From NCBI RefSeq assembly GCF_056712565.1, contig NZ_CM160072.1: a stretch of DNA of 64,000 nucleotides. The stretch is one strand, 5' to 3'. Below are positions 31,271 to 41,854 of the stretch, piece by piece (the first letter of the stretch is position 1; the number at the start of each line of letters is the position of its first letter). The notes beneath the pieces are model-generated. The model did no database searches. It was not told where the DNA came from and saw nothing but the letters and a program-made list of their open reading frames with translations. The position numbers were made by a program, and so were the translations under genes.

Positions 31271-32234
31271 ACTGAAAAAACGCCATGAATTCTGGCTGGC
31301 ATTACTGATTGTGGTGCTGTTTGTTGGCCTTGCCTGGCGCAGCGACGAGTTTCTGACATTCGGTAATTTGTACGATCTCGCCAATAACTATGCCATGTTG
31401 ACTATTCTCGCCTGTGGTTTGTTTGTGGTGTTAATTTCCGGTGGGATTGATATTTCGTTTCCGGCAATGACCATCATTGCGCAATACGGCATGGTGCTGC
31501 TGCTGCAAAAAATTGGTGGCAACTTTGCTGTCGCGTTTGCCCTGGCGGGCGGCATCGGCATTTTACTTGGCTTAATTAACGCCTTACTGGTTAATCGCCT
31601 ACGGGTGCCTTCTATCATCATCACTATCTCGACGCTGAATATTTTTTATGGCCTGCTGTTATGGTTGAGTAAAGGTGTGTGGCTGTACGACTTTCCGCCG
31701 TGGTTTGAGCAGGGGGTAATGTTGTTCAAGTACACCGATGCTGATGGCTATGACTATGGCCTTGGTCTGCCGCTGATCGCCATGATTACGGTGGTGCTGC
31801 TGACAGCGTTTATCATGAATTTCACCAGTGTAGGGCGCAAAATTTATGCCCTTGGCGGGAACCGCGAATCAGCCAGTCGCATCGGCTTTAGTGTGCTGAA
31901 ACTGCAACTTTTCGTCTATGGCTATATGGGATTGATGTCTGGTGCTGCGGGTGTAGTGCAGTCGTGGACGGTGATGACTGTCGCCCCCGATTCTCTTCTG
32001 GGTTATGAGCTGACAGTACTGGCTGCGGTGGTGCTTGGCGGCACTAGTTTGCTCGGCGGGCGCGGCACGTTAACCGGTACTTTGCTCGGCGTGGTGTTGT
32101 TGGCAGTGATGCAAAACGGGCTAAATTTATTGGGAGTCTCGTCTTACTGGCAAACATTGATCACCGGCATCATCATCGTTGCCAGCATTAGCGCCACGGC
32201 GTGGAGTCAGCATCAGAACCGGAGTCTGCTATGA
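31263..32234 (+). CDS. ABC transporter permease (RbsC/LsrC-like)
   Basis: 323-aa polytopic membrane protein; start overlaps the ATPase stop. Confidence 0.85.
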   Translation: MAELKKRHEFWLALLIVVLFVGLAWRSDEFLTFGNLYDLANNYAMLTILACGLFVVLISGGIDISFPAMTIIAQYGMVLLLQKIGGNFAVAFALAGGIGILLGLINALLVNRLRVPSIIITISTLNIFYGLLLWLSKGVWLYDFPPWFEQGVMLFKYTDADGYDYGLGLPLIAMITVVLLTAFIMNFTSVGRKIYALGGNRESASRIGFSVLKLQLFVYGYMGLMSGAAGVVQSWTVMTVAPDSLLGYELTVLAAVVLGGTSLLGGRGTLTGTLLGVVLLAVMQNGLNLLGVSSYWQTLITGIIIVASISATAWSQHQNRSLL

Positions 32235-33187
32235 AAAAATCGTGGCGTAATAACGTTGAGTTTTACTTGATCGGCCTGCTGGTGCTAACTGTTGCCGCCT
32301 TCAGCATTACTATGCCGGAGATTTTCTGGTCGATAAGTAATTTCCAGTCCGTCGCTTCGCAAATGCCCGTGCTGGGCATTCTGGCGTTGGCTATGGCGGT
32401 GACCATGCTTTGCGGTGGCATTAACTTGTCAATTATAGCCACTGCTAACGCCTGTTCACTGGTGATGGCGTGGGTGGCGACTCAGTATCCACCAGGTATT
32501 GCTACGGTTGTCGCTACGCTGCTGGCGGGCGCTGGCGCGGCGGTGATAATCGGTTTATGTAACGGCGTATTGATTGCTGGTATTCGAGTGTCGCCAATTC
32601 TTGCAACACTTGGGATGATGACGTTGCTCAAAGGGGTTAATATTCTGGTGACAGGCGGTAGCGCCATTGCCAATTATCCCTCATGGGTGCTGTGGTTGAA
32701 TCATGCACAGTGGTTCGGTATTCCGCTACCGATGTGGTTGTTTACCGCAGTGGCGCTGGGGCTGTGGATATTGCTGGAGAAAACGCCGCTCGGTAAATCC
32801 ATTTATCTGATTGGTTCTAACGAACGAGCAACACTTTACTCCGGTATTAACACTCGTCGGGTGCTGATATGGGTGTATGTCATTTCCGCCTTGCTTTGTG
32901 CGGTAGCGGCATTTTTGATGATGTCGAAACTCAACTCGGCTAAGGCCTCTTATGGCGAATCTTACTTGCTGGTGTCAATCCTCGCGGCAGTACTCGGCGG
33001 GGTTAATCCGGACGGCGGCAGCGGGCGGATAATTGGTATGGTGCTGGCGCTGTTTCTTCTGCAAATTATTGAAAGCGGCTTCAATATTCTCGGTATAAGC
33101 CCCTACCTGACGATGGCCTTATGGGGAACGTTGCTGCTCTGTTTCATTCAGGCTCGCGGCATGTTAGGGCTGGATCGGGTGGTTTAA
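32231..33187 (+). CDS. ABC transporter permease (RbsC/LsrD-like)
   Basis: About 318-aa membrane protein; ATGA overlap with the upstream permease. Confidence 0.85.
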   Translation: MKKSWRNNVEFYLIGLLVLTVAAFSITMPEIFWSISNFQSVASQMPVLGILALAMAVTMLCGGINLSIIATANACSLVMAWVATQYPPGIATVVATLLAGAGAAVIIGLCNGVLIAGIRVSPILATLGMMTLLKGVNILVTGGSAIANYPSWVLWLNHAQWFGIPLPMWLFTAVALGLWILLEKTPLGKSIYLIGSNERATLYSGINTRRVLIWVYVISALLCAVAAFLMMSKLNSAKASYGESYLLVSILAAVLGGVNPDGGSGRIIGMVLALFLLQIIESGFNILGISPYLTMALWGTLLLCFIQARGMLGLDRVV

Positions 33188-33273
33188 ATATTGGCTATAT
33201 TCAATGGACGCGTTTTGCCGCGATGACATATCAGGCATCGCCAAATACACATAGCTAATCAGGAGTAAACACA

Positions 33274-34323
33274 ATGAAGATCAAAGCTGTTGGTGCATAT
33301 TCCGCTAAACAACCGCTTGAACCGATGGATATCACCCGGCGTGAACCGGGACCGCATGATGTCAAAATTGAAATCGCTTACTGTGGCGTCTGCCATTCCG
33401 ATATCCACCAGGTCCGTTCCGAGTGGGCGGGGACGGTTTATCCCTGCGTGCCGGGCCATGAAATTGTAGGGCGCGTGGTAGCCGTTGGTGATCAGGTAGA
33501 AAAATATGCGCCGGGCGATCTGGTTGGTGTCGGCTGCATTGTCGACAGTTGTAAACATTGCGAAGAGTGTGAAGATGGGCTGGAAAACTACTGTGATCAC
33601 ATGACCGGAACCTATAACTCGCCGACACCGGATGAACCGGGCCATACTCTGGGCGGCTACTCACAACAGATCGTCGTTCATGAGCGATATGTTCTGCGTA
33701 TTCGTCACCCGCAAGAGCAGCTGGCGGCGGTGGCTCCTTTATTGTGTGCAGGAATCACCACGTACTCGCCGCTACGCCACTGGCTGGCCGGGCCGGGTAA
33801 AAAAGTGGGCGTGGTCGGCATCGGCGGTCTGGGACATATGGGGATTAAACTGGCCCACGCGATGGGGGCGCATGTGGTGGCATTTACCACTTCTGAGTCA
33901 AAACGCGAAGCGGCAAAAGCCCTGGGGGCCGATGAAGTTGTTAACTCACGCAATGCCGATGAGATGGTGGCTCATGTGAAGAGTTTCGATTTCATTTTGA
34001 ATACAGTAGCTGCGCCACATAATCTCGACGATTTTACCACCTTGCTGAAGCGCGATGGCACCATAACGCTGGTTGGTGCGCCTGCGACACCGCATAAATC
34101 GCCGGAAGTTTTCAACCTGATCATGAAACGCCGCGCGATAGCTGGTTCTATGATTGGCGGCATTCCAGAAACTCAGGAGATGCTCGATTTTTGCGCCGAA
34201 CATGGCATCGTGGCTGATATAGAGATGATTCGGGCCGATCAAATTAATGAAGCCTATGAGCGAATGCTGCGTGGTGATGTGAAATATCGTTTTGTTATCG
34301 ATAATCGCACACTAACAGACTGA
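33274..34323 (+). CDS. yahK: NADPH-dependent aldehyde reductase YahK (zinc-dependent alcohol dehydrogenase family)
   Basis: 349 aa; GHE..G zinc motif and GxGxxG cofactor motif. Confidence 0.9.
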   Translation: MKIKAVGAYSAKQPLEPMDITRREPGPHDVKIEIAYCGVCHSDIHQVRSEWAGTVYPCVPGHEIVGRVVAVGDQVEKYAPGDLVGVGCIVDSCKHCEECEDGLENYCDHMTGTYNSPTPDEPGHTLGGYSQQIVVHERYVLRIRHPQEQLAAVAPLLCAGITTYSPLRHWLAGPGKKVGVVGIGGLGHMGIKLAHAMGAHVVAFTTSESKREAAKALGADEVVNSRNADEMVAHVKSFDFILNTVAAPHNLDDFTTLLKRDGTITLVGAPATPHKSPEVFNLIMKRRAIAGSMIGGIPETQEMLDFCAEHGIVADIEMIRADQINEAYERMLRGDVKYRFVIDNRTLTD

Positions 34324-34758
34324 AAAAATTAATAAACATCCTGTGGTTTAACATATTAACTTCGCTCCACTTAACTTTTTAGTTAAGGAGAGCGAAATAA
34401 TATCAAAGTAGTGGTAAACCTATAGCGTAAATTCAGATTGTTAAATTAACTCCACTACTTTACACGTTAGTTATGAGCGATTTCTGATAGTGTCTGGTTT
34501 AATCAGAGCTTTATTATCTGCGACGTTTATTTTTATTTAAGAGAGCCACCTGCAAGTTGTTATTCCACCAGAGAGTGAATCGCAAAGCAGGTCATCATTT
34601 CATCTGTATATCTGTATGCCAAATGGCATTCCCCCTCCTTTTTCGCCGATATTTTGTTGTGAACGGCGGAGTTTCGCTTAAAAAAGCACCAGTAGTGGTT
34701 TCGCAGCTATATGGTGTATAAAAAATGTTCTCATACAGATGTTTTGTGAATGTGTGGG

Positions 34759-34787
34759 TTGACATTCATATGAAAAAAATCATAATT
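34759..34787 (+). promoter_or_regulatory. Near-consensus sigma70 promoter candidate (TTGACA, 16-17 bp spacer, CATAAT/ATAATT) with no annotated gene downstream
   Basis: ttgacattcatatgaaaaaaatcataatt read directly; lies in the 880-bp yahK-yahN gap. Confidence 0.4.
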
Positions 34788-35206
34788 CCATCATGTTTGT
34801 GTGGGGTCTTTTCTGTATCTTACGCATCGCACTCAAGCCTGACAGAAAATATGCTGTAAGGCTCATATCAAAAACCGCCATTAGCTCATCAGGAAGAGCA
34901 GACGACAACCAGGATTGTTGTATGGTACGGGGTTCGAGGCCTCGATGGCGGTCCAACTTTTCAAAACTCTTCTGAATCAGATCCCCTTATTTTCATCCCT
35001 GCAAAGTGGAACATTGCCATTGTTTGGCTATTCAGGACGGGTCAGAGCAATGAAAAAAGCCCACACAGGGGAGAGTGGGCTGAAATGGGAAGCTAAAGAC
35101 TCAAGTAAACTTATCGGAAATAAGGACCACGCATTACGGGGGCTATCATCGCCGATGGTCGGGATTCGGCAAATCAGGTTGATTACGTAGAGAGTAAATT
35201 ATCTGC

Positions 35207-35878
35207 TCACCGCTGCGTCACCCCTTCGTAAATCAGGCGTAGCGCGAATACACCAATAATTGCACCAATAACCCGACTGGCAACGCGTTGCATACGCCCA
35301 TAAGCACGACGCACTGCGGGCAAAGAAAACGCCTGACTAAGAAAGACTCGCCAGATAATTGATGCGAGCACAATCCCCGCCCAGGCCATTAAACGTGCCC
35401 ATGTTGGTGTTTCGGCATTTAATGTTACTGAGAAAATACTGATAAAAAATAAAACGGTTTGCGGGTTAGAGAGATCGGTAATTAATCCACGGCGGAAAAA
35501 GACATACCAGGGGGCACTAATCGGTTGTTGTAGTGTGCTCATCTGCGGTGTTGACTGGCGGCGCATGCTACACCACGCAAACCATAAGAGATAAGCGCCG
35601 CCGACGATTCTGATAAGCGAAAAAATCTCCTCACACTGCGTAATTAGCGTTGCAAGACCAAACAAACCCAACCCGGAATAAAACGCATCGCCCAGCGCCA
35701 CGCCCAGTCCGGTCAGCACCCCTGCGCGTCGACCGGAAGCCAGGCTGGTTTGTACTACCACAAAGAGATTGGCTCCCGGATTAAAAAAAGTAATCACGAA
35801 CAGTCCTACGGTCAGATAAACGGCGTGCAAAGGATCCATAGTGATTTCATCCATAAATAAGTGAAGTAACTTCATCAT
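35207..35878 (-). CDS. yahN: LysE/RhtB-family amino-acid exporter YahN
   Basis: 223-aa hydrophobic ORF. Confidence 0.85.
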   Translation of the reverse strand: MMKLLHLFMDEITMDPLHAVYLTVGLFVITFFNPGANLFVVVQTSLASGRRAGVLTGLGVALGDAFYSGLGLFGLATLITQCEEIFSLIRIVGGAYLLWFAWCSMRRQSTPQMSTLQQPISAPWYVFFRRGLITDLSNPQTVLFFISIFSVTLNAETPTWARLMAWAGIVLASIIWRVFLSQAFSLPAVRRAYGRMQRVASRVIGAIIGVFALRLIYEGVTQR

Positions 35879-36024
35879 ATTTCTACCAAAAATAATCGGG
35901 TGCGAGAGAGATCACAAAGTGTCTTATTTCCGGTTACTGGCGTTTATGCCCTGACTGAACTAATTATTAATCAACCCAATAATGTGGGTGGGTGATAGTG
36001 TGATAACAACTCTGGAGCCGTAAT

Positions 36025-36300
36025 ATGAAAATAATCTCTAAAATGTTAGTCGGTGCGTTAGCGTTTGCCGTTACCAATGTCTATGCCGCAGAATTAATGA
36101 CCAAAGCGGAATTTGAAAAGGTTGAATCGCAATATGAAAAAATAGGTGATATTTCAACCAGCAATGAAATGTCGACCGCAGATGCGAAAGAAGATTTGAT
36201 CAAAAAAGCGGATGAAAAAGGGGCTGATGTGTTGGTGCTGACCTCTGGTCAAACTGACAATAAGATTCACGGCACGGCAAATATTTATAAGAAGAAGTAA
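36025..36300 (+). CDS. yahO: Periplasmic DUF1471-family protein YahO
   Basis: 91 aa with signal peptide; ends NIYKKK. Confidence 0.85.
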   Translation: MKIISKMLVGALAFAVTNVYAAELMTKAEFEKVESQYEKIGDISTSNEMSTADAKEDLIKKADEKGADVLVLTSGQTDNKIHGTANIYKKK

Positions 36301-36400
36301 TTCTGAAACCTATGTAAACATCCCCGATGCGTAAGTTTATCGGTGATCATCATCTATTGAAATTTATGCCGGATAAAGCGTTCGCGCTGCATTCGGCAGT

Positions 36401-37987
36401 TCAGTTTTTCAGCCGCCGCCAGAAGGTCGTCCGGCTTATGCCTAAATAATTCGCCGCTGCTGTTTTATCGCCTTTAAATTTCTCCAGTGCCTGTTGTGGT
36501 GTCAGCAAGCGTGGAGCGGGAGTTTTCGCTGACTCGCGCGCCAGCTCCGGCAGTAGCAGCTGCAAAAATTGCGGCGTTAAATCCGGCGTCGGTTCCACAC
36601 TTAAAAACAGCGCCAGTCGCTCCATCATATTGCGCAGTTCACGAATATTGCCCGGCCAGTCGTAGTGCACCAGCACGGTTTCGCTTGCCTGTAATCCCTG
36701 GCGTAATGCGGCAGAAAACGGGGCGGAGAGCGCCGCCAGAGACACTTTCAAAAAGCTTTCCGCCAGCGGCAGAATATCCGTCACCCGCTCGCGCAGTGGT
36801 GGCAATTGCAGACGCAAAATACTCAGCCGATAAAACAGATCACGGCGAAACTGCCCTTGCCGCATATCTTCTTCCAGATTGCAGTGAGTGGCGCTAATGA
36901 CTCGCACATCCACCGGAACAGGCTGATGCCCGCCGACGCGGGTGACCTCTTTTTCTTCCAGCACCCGCAGCAGCCGAGTCTGCAACGGCAGCGGCATTTC
37001 GCCTATCTCGTCAAGAAACAGCGTGCCACCGTGGGCGATTTCGAACAGCCCGGCGCGACCTCCGCGTCGCGAGCCGGTGAACGCCCCTTCCTCATAGCCA
37101 AACAGCTCTGCTTCCAGCAACGATTCGGCAATCGCCCCGCAGTTGACGGCAACAAACGGATGCGACTTTTTGCCCTGTCGCGCATCGTGGCGGGCAAAAT
37201 ATTCCCGATGAATCGCCTGGGCCGCCAGCTCTTTGCCCGTCCCCGTTTCCCCCTCAATCAACACCGCTGCACTGGAGCGGGCATACAGCAAAATAGTCTG
37301 CCGCACCTGTTCCATCTGTGGTGATTGACCGAGCATATCGCCCAGCACGTAACGAGTACGCAGGGCGTTACGGGTGGCATCGTGAGTGTTATGGCGTAAC
37401 GACATGCGCGTCATATCCAGCGCATCGCTGAATGCCTGGCGCACGGTGGCGGCGGAATAGATAAAAATTCCGGTCATTCCGGCTTCTTCTGCCAGATCGG
37501 TAATCAGCCCCGCACCGACCACCGCTTCGGTGCCGTTAGCTTTTAGCTCGTTAATCTGCCCGCGTGCGTCTTCCTCGGTAATGTAGCTACGTTGATCGAG
37601 GCGCAAATTAAAGGTTTTTTGAAACGCCACCAGTGCCGGAATAGTTTCCTGATAAGTGACAACGCCGATAGAAGAGGTGAGTTTTCCGGCTTTTGCCAGT
37701 GCCTGTAACACATCGTAGCCGCTCGGTTTAATCAAAATAACTGGCACTGACAGGCGGCTTTTCAGATACGCGCCGTTAGAGCCAGCGGCAATGATGGCGT
37801 CACAGCGTTCGCTTGCCAGTTTCTTGCGGATGTAGGTCACCGCTTTTTCAAAGCCAAGCTGAATAGGGGTGATATTCGCCAGGTGATCAAACTCGAGACT
37901 GATATCGCGAAACAGCTCGAACAGGCGCGTTACCGATACCGTCCAGATAACCGGTTTGTCGTCATTAAGCCGTGGTGGATGTGCCAT
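36401..37987 (-). CDS. prpR: Sigma54-dependent propionate operon activator PrpR
   Basis: AAA+ sigma54-activator motifs ([13 protein letters not shown]) and C-terminal HTH; start at MAHPPRL; divergent from prpBCDE. Confidence 0.95.
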   Translation of the reverse strand: MAHPPRLNDDKPVIWTVSVTRLFELFRDISLEFDHLANITPIQLGFEKAVTYIRKKLASERCDAIIAAGSNGAYLKSRLSVPVILIKPSGYDVLQALAKAGKLTSSIGVVTYQETIPALVAFQKTFNLRLDQRSYITEEDARGQINELKANGTEAVVGAGLITDLAEEAGMTGIFIYSAATVRQAFSDALDMTRMSLRHNTHDATRNALRTRYVLGDMLGQSPQMEQVRQTILLYARSSAAVLIEGETGTGKELAAQAIHREYFARHDARQGKKSHPFVAVNCGAIAESLLEAELFGYEEGAFTGSRRGGRAGLFEIAHGGTLFLDEIGEMPLPLQTRLLRVLEEKEVTRVGGHQPVPVDVRVISATHCNLEEDMRQGQFRRDLFYRLSILRLQLPPLRERVTDILPLAESFLKVSLAALSAPFSAALRQGLQASETVLVHYDWPGNIRELRNMMERLALFLSVEPTPDLTPQFLQLLLPELARESAKTPAPRLLTPQQALEKFKGDKTAAANYLGISRTTFWRRLKN

Positions 37988-38163
37988 AGCGCACCGCAAA
38001 GTTAAGAAACCGAATATTGGGTTTAGCCTTGTTTCATAATTGTTGCAATGAAACGCGGTGAAACATTGCCTGAAACGTTAACTGAAACGCATTTTTGCGG
38101 ATTACTTCATGACTTTATCTCTAACAAATTGAAATTAAACATTTAATTTTATTCAGTCAATTG

Positions 38164-38178
38164 TGGCACACCCCTTGC
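38164..38178 (+). promoter_or_regulatory. Sigma54 (-24/-12) promoter of prpBCDE
   Basis: TGGCAC-N5-TTGC (tggcacaccccttgc) about 50 bp upstream of prpB. Confidence 0.8.
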
Positions 38179-38225
38179 TTTGTCTTTATCAACGCAAATA
38201 ACAAGTTGATAACAAAGGATGGGCT

Positions 38226-39116
38226 ATGTCTCTACACTCTCCAGGTAAAGCGTTTCGCGCTGCACTGTCTAAAGAAAATCCATTGCAGATTGTTGGCACC
38301 ATTAACGCCAACCATGCGCTGTTGGCGCAGCGTGCCGGATATCAGGCAATTTATCTCTCCGGCGGTGGCGTGGCGGCAGGGTCGCTGGGGCTGCCCGATC
38401 TCGGTATTTCTACTCTTGATGACGTGCTGACAGATATTCGCCGTATCACCGACGTTTGTTCGCTGCCGCTGCTGGTGGATGCGGATATCGGTTTTGGTTC
38501 TTCTGCTTTTAACGTGGCGCGCACCGTGAAATCGATGATTAAAGCCGGTGCGGCAGGATTGCATATTGAAGATCAGGTTGGTGCGAAACGCTGCGGTCAT
38601 CGCCCGAACAAAGCGATCGTCTCGAAAGAGGAGATGGTGGATCGGATCCGCGCGGCGGTGGATGCGAAAACCGATCCTGATTTTGTGATCATGGCGCGCA
38701 CCGATGCGCTGGCGGTAGAGGGGCTGGACGCCGCGATCGAGCGTGCGCAGGCCTATGTTGAAGCGGGTGCCGAGATGTTGTTCCCGGAGGCGATTACCGA
38801 ACTCGCCATGTACCGCCAGTTTGCCGATGCGGTGCAGGTGCCGATCCTCGCTAACATTACCGAATTTGGTGCCACGCCGCTGTTTACTACCGATGAATTA
38901 CGCAGTGCCCATGTTGCAATGGCGCTGTACCCGCTTTCAGCGTTCCGTGCCATGAACCGCGCCGCTGAACATGTCTACAACGTCCTGCGTCAGGAAGGCA
39001 CGCAGAAAAGCGTCATCGACACCATGCAGACCCGCAACGAGCTGTACGAAAGCATCAACTACTACCAGTACGAAGAGAAGCTCGACGACCTGTTTGCCCG
39101 TAACCAGGCGAAATAA
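38226..39116 (+). CDS. prpB: 2-methylisocitrate lyase PrpB
   Basis: 296 aa, PEP mutase/isocitrate lyase family. Confidence 0.95.
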   Translation: MSLHSPGKAFRAALSKENPLQIVGTINANHALLAQRAGYQAIYLSGGGVAAGSLGLPDLGISTLDDVLTDIRRITDVCSLPLLVDADIGFGSSAFNVARTVKSMIKAGAAGLHIEDQVGAKRCGHRPNKAIVSKEEMVDRIRAAVDAKTDPDFVIMARTDALAVEGLDAAIERAQAYVEAGAEMLFPEAITELAMYRQFADAVQVPILANITEFGATPLFTTDELRSAHVAMALYPLSAFRAMNRAAEHVYNVLRQEGTQKSVIDTMQTRNELYESINYYQYEEKLDDLFARNQAK

Positions 39117-39160
39117 AACACAACGAAAAATATCTCGACCCTACAAATGACGAGGACAAC

Positions 39161-40330
39161 ATGAGCGACACAACGATCCTGCAAAACAGTACCCATGTCA
39201 TTAAACCGAAAAAATCGGTGGCGCTTTCTGGCGTTCCGGCGGGCAATACGGCGCTCTGCACCGTGGGTAAAAGTGGCAATGACTTGCATTACCGTGGCTA
39301 CGATATTCTTGATCTGGCGGCACATTGCGAATTTGAAGAAGTGGCGCATCTGCTGATCCACGGCAAACTGCCGACCCGTGACGAACTTGCCGCCTACAAA
39401 ACGAAACTGAAAGCCCTGCGCGGTTTACCGGCTAACGTGCGTACTGTGCTGGAAGCCTTACCAGCGGCGTCGCACCCGATGGATGTTATGCGCACCGGCG
39501 TTTCCGCGCTCGGCTGCACACTGCCGGAAAAAGAGGGGCACACTGTATCTGGTGCGCGGGATATTGCCGACAAACTGCTGGCGTCACTTAGCTCGATTCT
39601 TCTCTACTGGTATCACTACAGCCATAACGGCGAACGCATCCAGCCGGAAACTGATGACGACTCTATCGGCGGTCACTTCCTGCATCTGCTGCACGGCGAA
39701 AAGCCGTCGCCAAGCTGGGAAAAGGCGATGCATATCTCGCTGGTGCTGTACGCCGAACACGAGTTTAACGCTTCCACCTTTACCAGCCGGGTGATTGCGG
39801 GCACTGGCTCTGATATGTATTCCGCGATTATTGGCGCGATTGGCGCACTGCGCGGACCGAAACACGGCGGGGCGAATGAAGTGTCGCTGGAGATCCAGCA
39901 ACGCTACGAAACGCCGGACGAAGCCGAAGCAGATATCCGCAAGCGGGTGGAAAACAAAGAAGTGGTCATTGGTTTTGGGCATCCGGTTTATACCATCGCC
40001 GACCCGCGCCACCAGGTGATCAAACGCGTGGCAAAGCAGCTCTCGCAGGAAGGCGGCTCGCTGAAGATGTACAACATCGCCGATCGCCTGGAAACAGTGA
40101 TGTGGGAGAGCAAAAAGATGTTCCCCAATCTCGACTGGTTCTCCGCTGTTTCCTACAACATGATGGGTGTTCCCACCGAGATGTTCACACCACTGTTTGT
40201 TATCGCCCGCGTCACCGGCTGGGCGGCGCACATTATCGAACAACGTCAGGACAACAAAATTATCCGTCCTTCCGCCAATTATGTTGGACCGGAAGACCGC
40301 CAGTTTGTCGCGCTGGATAAGCGCCAGTAA
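39161..40330 (+). CDS. prpC: 2-methylcitrate synthase PrpC
   Basis: 389 aa, citrate synthase family. Confidence 0.95.
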   Translation: MSDTTILQNSTHVIKPKKSVALSGVPAGNTALCTVGKSGNDLHYRGYDILDLAAHCEFEEVAHLLIHGKLPTRDELAAYKTKLKALRGLPANVRTVLEALPAASHPMDVMRTGVSALGCTLPEKEGHTVSGARDIADKLLASLSSILLYWYHYSHNGERIQPETDDDSIGGHFLHLLHGEKPSPSWEKAMHISLVLYAEHEFNASTFTSRVIAGTGSDMYSAIIGAIGALRGPKHGGANEVSLEIQQRYETPDEAEADIRKRVENKEVVIGFGHPVYTIADPRHQVIKRVAKQLSQEGGSLKMYNIADRLETVMWESKKMFPNLDWFSAVSYNMMGVPTEMFTPLFVIARVTGWAAHIIEQRQDNKIIRPSANYVGPEDRQFVALDKRQ

Positions 40331-40363
40331 ACCTCTACGAATAACAATAAGGAAACGTACCCA

Positions 40364-41815
40364 ATGTCAGCTCAAATCAACAACATTCGCCCGGAATTTG
40401 ATCGTGAAATCGTTGATATCGTCGATTACGTGATGAACTACGAAATCAGCTCCAGAGTAGCCTACGACACCGCACATTACTGCCTGCTCGACACGCTCGG
40501 CTGCGGTCTTGAAGCTCTCGAATACCCAGCCTGTAAAAAACTGCTGGGGCCAATTGTCCCCGGCACCGTCGTCCCCAACGGCGTGCGCGTCCCCGGAACT
40601 CAGTTCCAGCTCGACCCCGTCCAGGCGGCATTTAACATCGGCGCGATGATCCGCTGGCTCGATTTCAACGATACCTGGCTGGCGGCGGAGTGGGGGCATC
40701 CTTCCGACAACCTCGGCGGCATTCTGGCAACGGCGGACTGGCTTTCGCGCAACGCGATCGCCAGCGGCAAAGCGCCGTTGACCATGAAACAGGTGCTGAC
40801 CGGAATGATCAAAGCCCATGAAATTCAGGGCTGCATCGCGCTGGAAAACTCCTTTAACCGCGTTGGTCTCGACCACGTTCTGTTAGTGAAAGTGGCTTCC
40901 ACCGCCGTGGTCGCCGAAATGCTCGGCCTGACCCGCGAGGAAATTCTCAACGCCGTTTCGCTGGCATGGGTAGACGGACAGTCGCTGCGCACTTATCGTC
41001 ATGCACCGAACACCGGTACGCGTAAATCCTGGGCGGCGGGCGATGCCACGTCCCGCGCGGTACGTCTGGCGCTGATGGCGAAAACGGGCGAAATGGGTTA
41101 CCCGTCAGCTCTGACCGCGCCGGTGTGGGGTTTCTACGACGTCTCCTTTAAAGGTGAGTCGTTCCGCTTCCAGCGCCCGTACGGTTCTTACGTCATGGAA
41201 AATGTGCTGTTCAAAATCTCCTTTCCGGCGGAGTTCCACTCCCAGACGGCAGTTGAAGCAGCGATGACGCTCTATGAACAGATGCAGGCAGCAGGCAAAA
41301 CGGCGGCGGATATCGAAAAAGTGACCATTCGCACCCACGAAGCCTGTATTCGCATCATCGACAAAAAAGGGCCGCTCAATAACCCGGCTGACCGCGACCA
41401 CTGCATTCAGTACATGGTGGCGATCCCGCTGCTGTTCGGGCGCTTAACGGCGGCAGATTACGAGGACAACGTTGCGCAAGATAAACGCATTGACGCCCTG
41501 CGCGAGAAGATCAATTGCTTTGAAGATCCGGCATTTACTGCTGACTACCACGACCCGGAAAAACGCGCCATCGCCAATGCCATTACCCTTGAGTTCACCG
41601 ACGGCACGCGCTTTGAAGAAGTGGTGGTGGAGTACCCCATTGGTCATGCTCGCCGCCGTCAGGATGGCATTCCGAAACTGGTCGATAAATTCAAAATCAA
41701 TCTCGCGCGCCAGTTCCCGACTCGCCAGCAGCAGCGCATTCTGGAGGTTTCTCTCGACAGAACTCGCCTGGAACAGATGCCGGTCAATGAGTATCTCGAC
41801 CTGTACGTCATTTAA
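40364..41815 (+). CDS. prpD: 2-methylcitrate dehydratase PrpD
   Basis: 483 aa, MmgE/PrpD family. Confidence 0.95.
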   Translation: MSAQINNIRPEFDREIVDIVDYVMNYEISSRVAYDTAHYCLLDTLGCGLEALEYPACKKLLGPIVPGTVVPNGVRVPGTQFQLDPVQAAFNIGAMIRWLDFNDTWLAAEWGHPSDNLGGILATADWLSRNAIASGKAPLTMKQVLTGMIKAHEIQGCIALENSFNRVGLDHVLLVKVASTAVVAEMLGLTREEILNAVSLAWVDGQSLRTYRHAPNTGTRKSWAAGDATSRAVRLALMAKTGEMGYPSALTAPVWGFYDVSFKGESFRFQRPYGSYVMENVLFKISFPAEFHSQTAVEAAMTLYEQMQAAGKTAADIEKVTIRTHEACIRIIDKKGPLNNPADRDHCIQYMVAIPLLFGRLTAADYEDNVAQDKRIDALREKINCFEDPAFTADYHDPEKRAIANAITLEFTDGTRFEEVVVEYPIGHARRRQDGIPKLVDKFKINLARQFPTRQQQRILEVSLDRTRLEQMPVNEYLDLYVI

Positions 41816-41854
41816 GTAAACGGCGGTAAGGCGTAAGTTCAACAGGAGAGCATT

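Noticed and set aside
34900-34960. tRNA-like fragment (ggttcgagg resembles a T-loop)
   Set aside because: No acceptor stem or anticodon arm can be folded around it.
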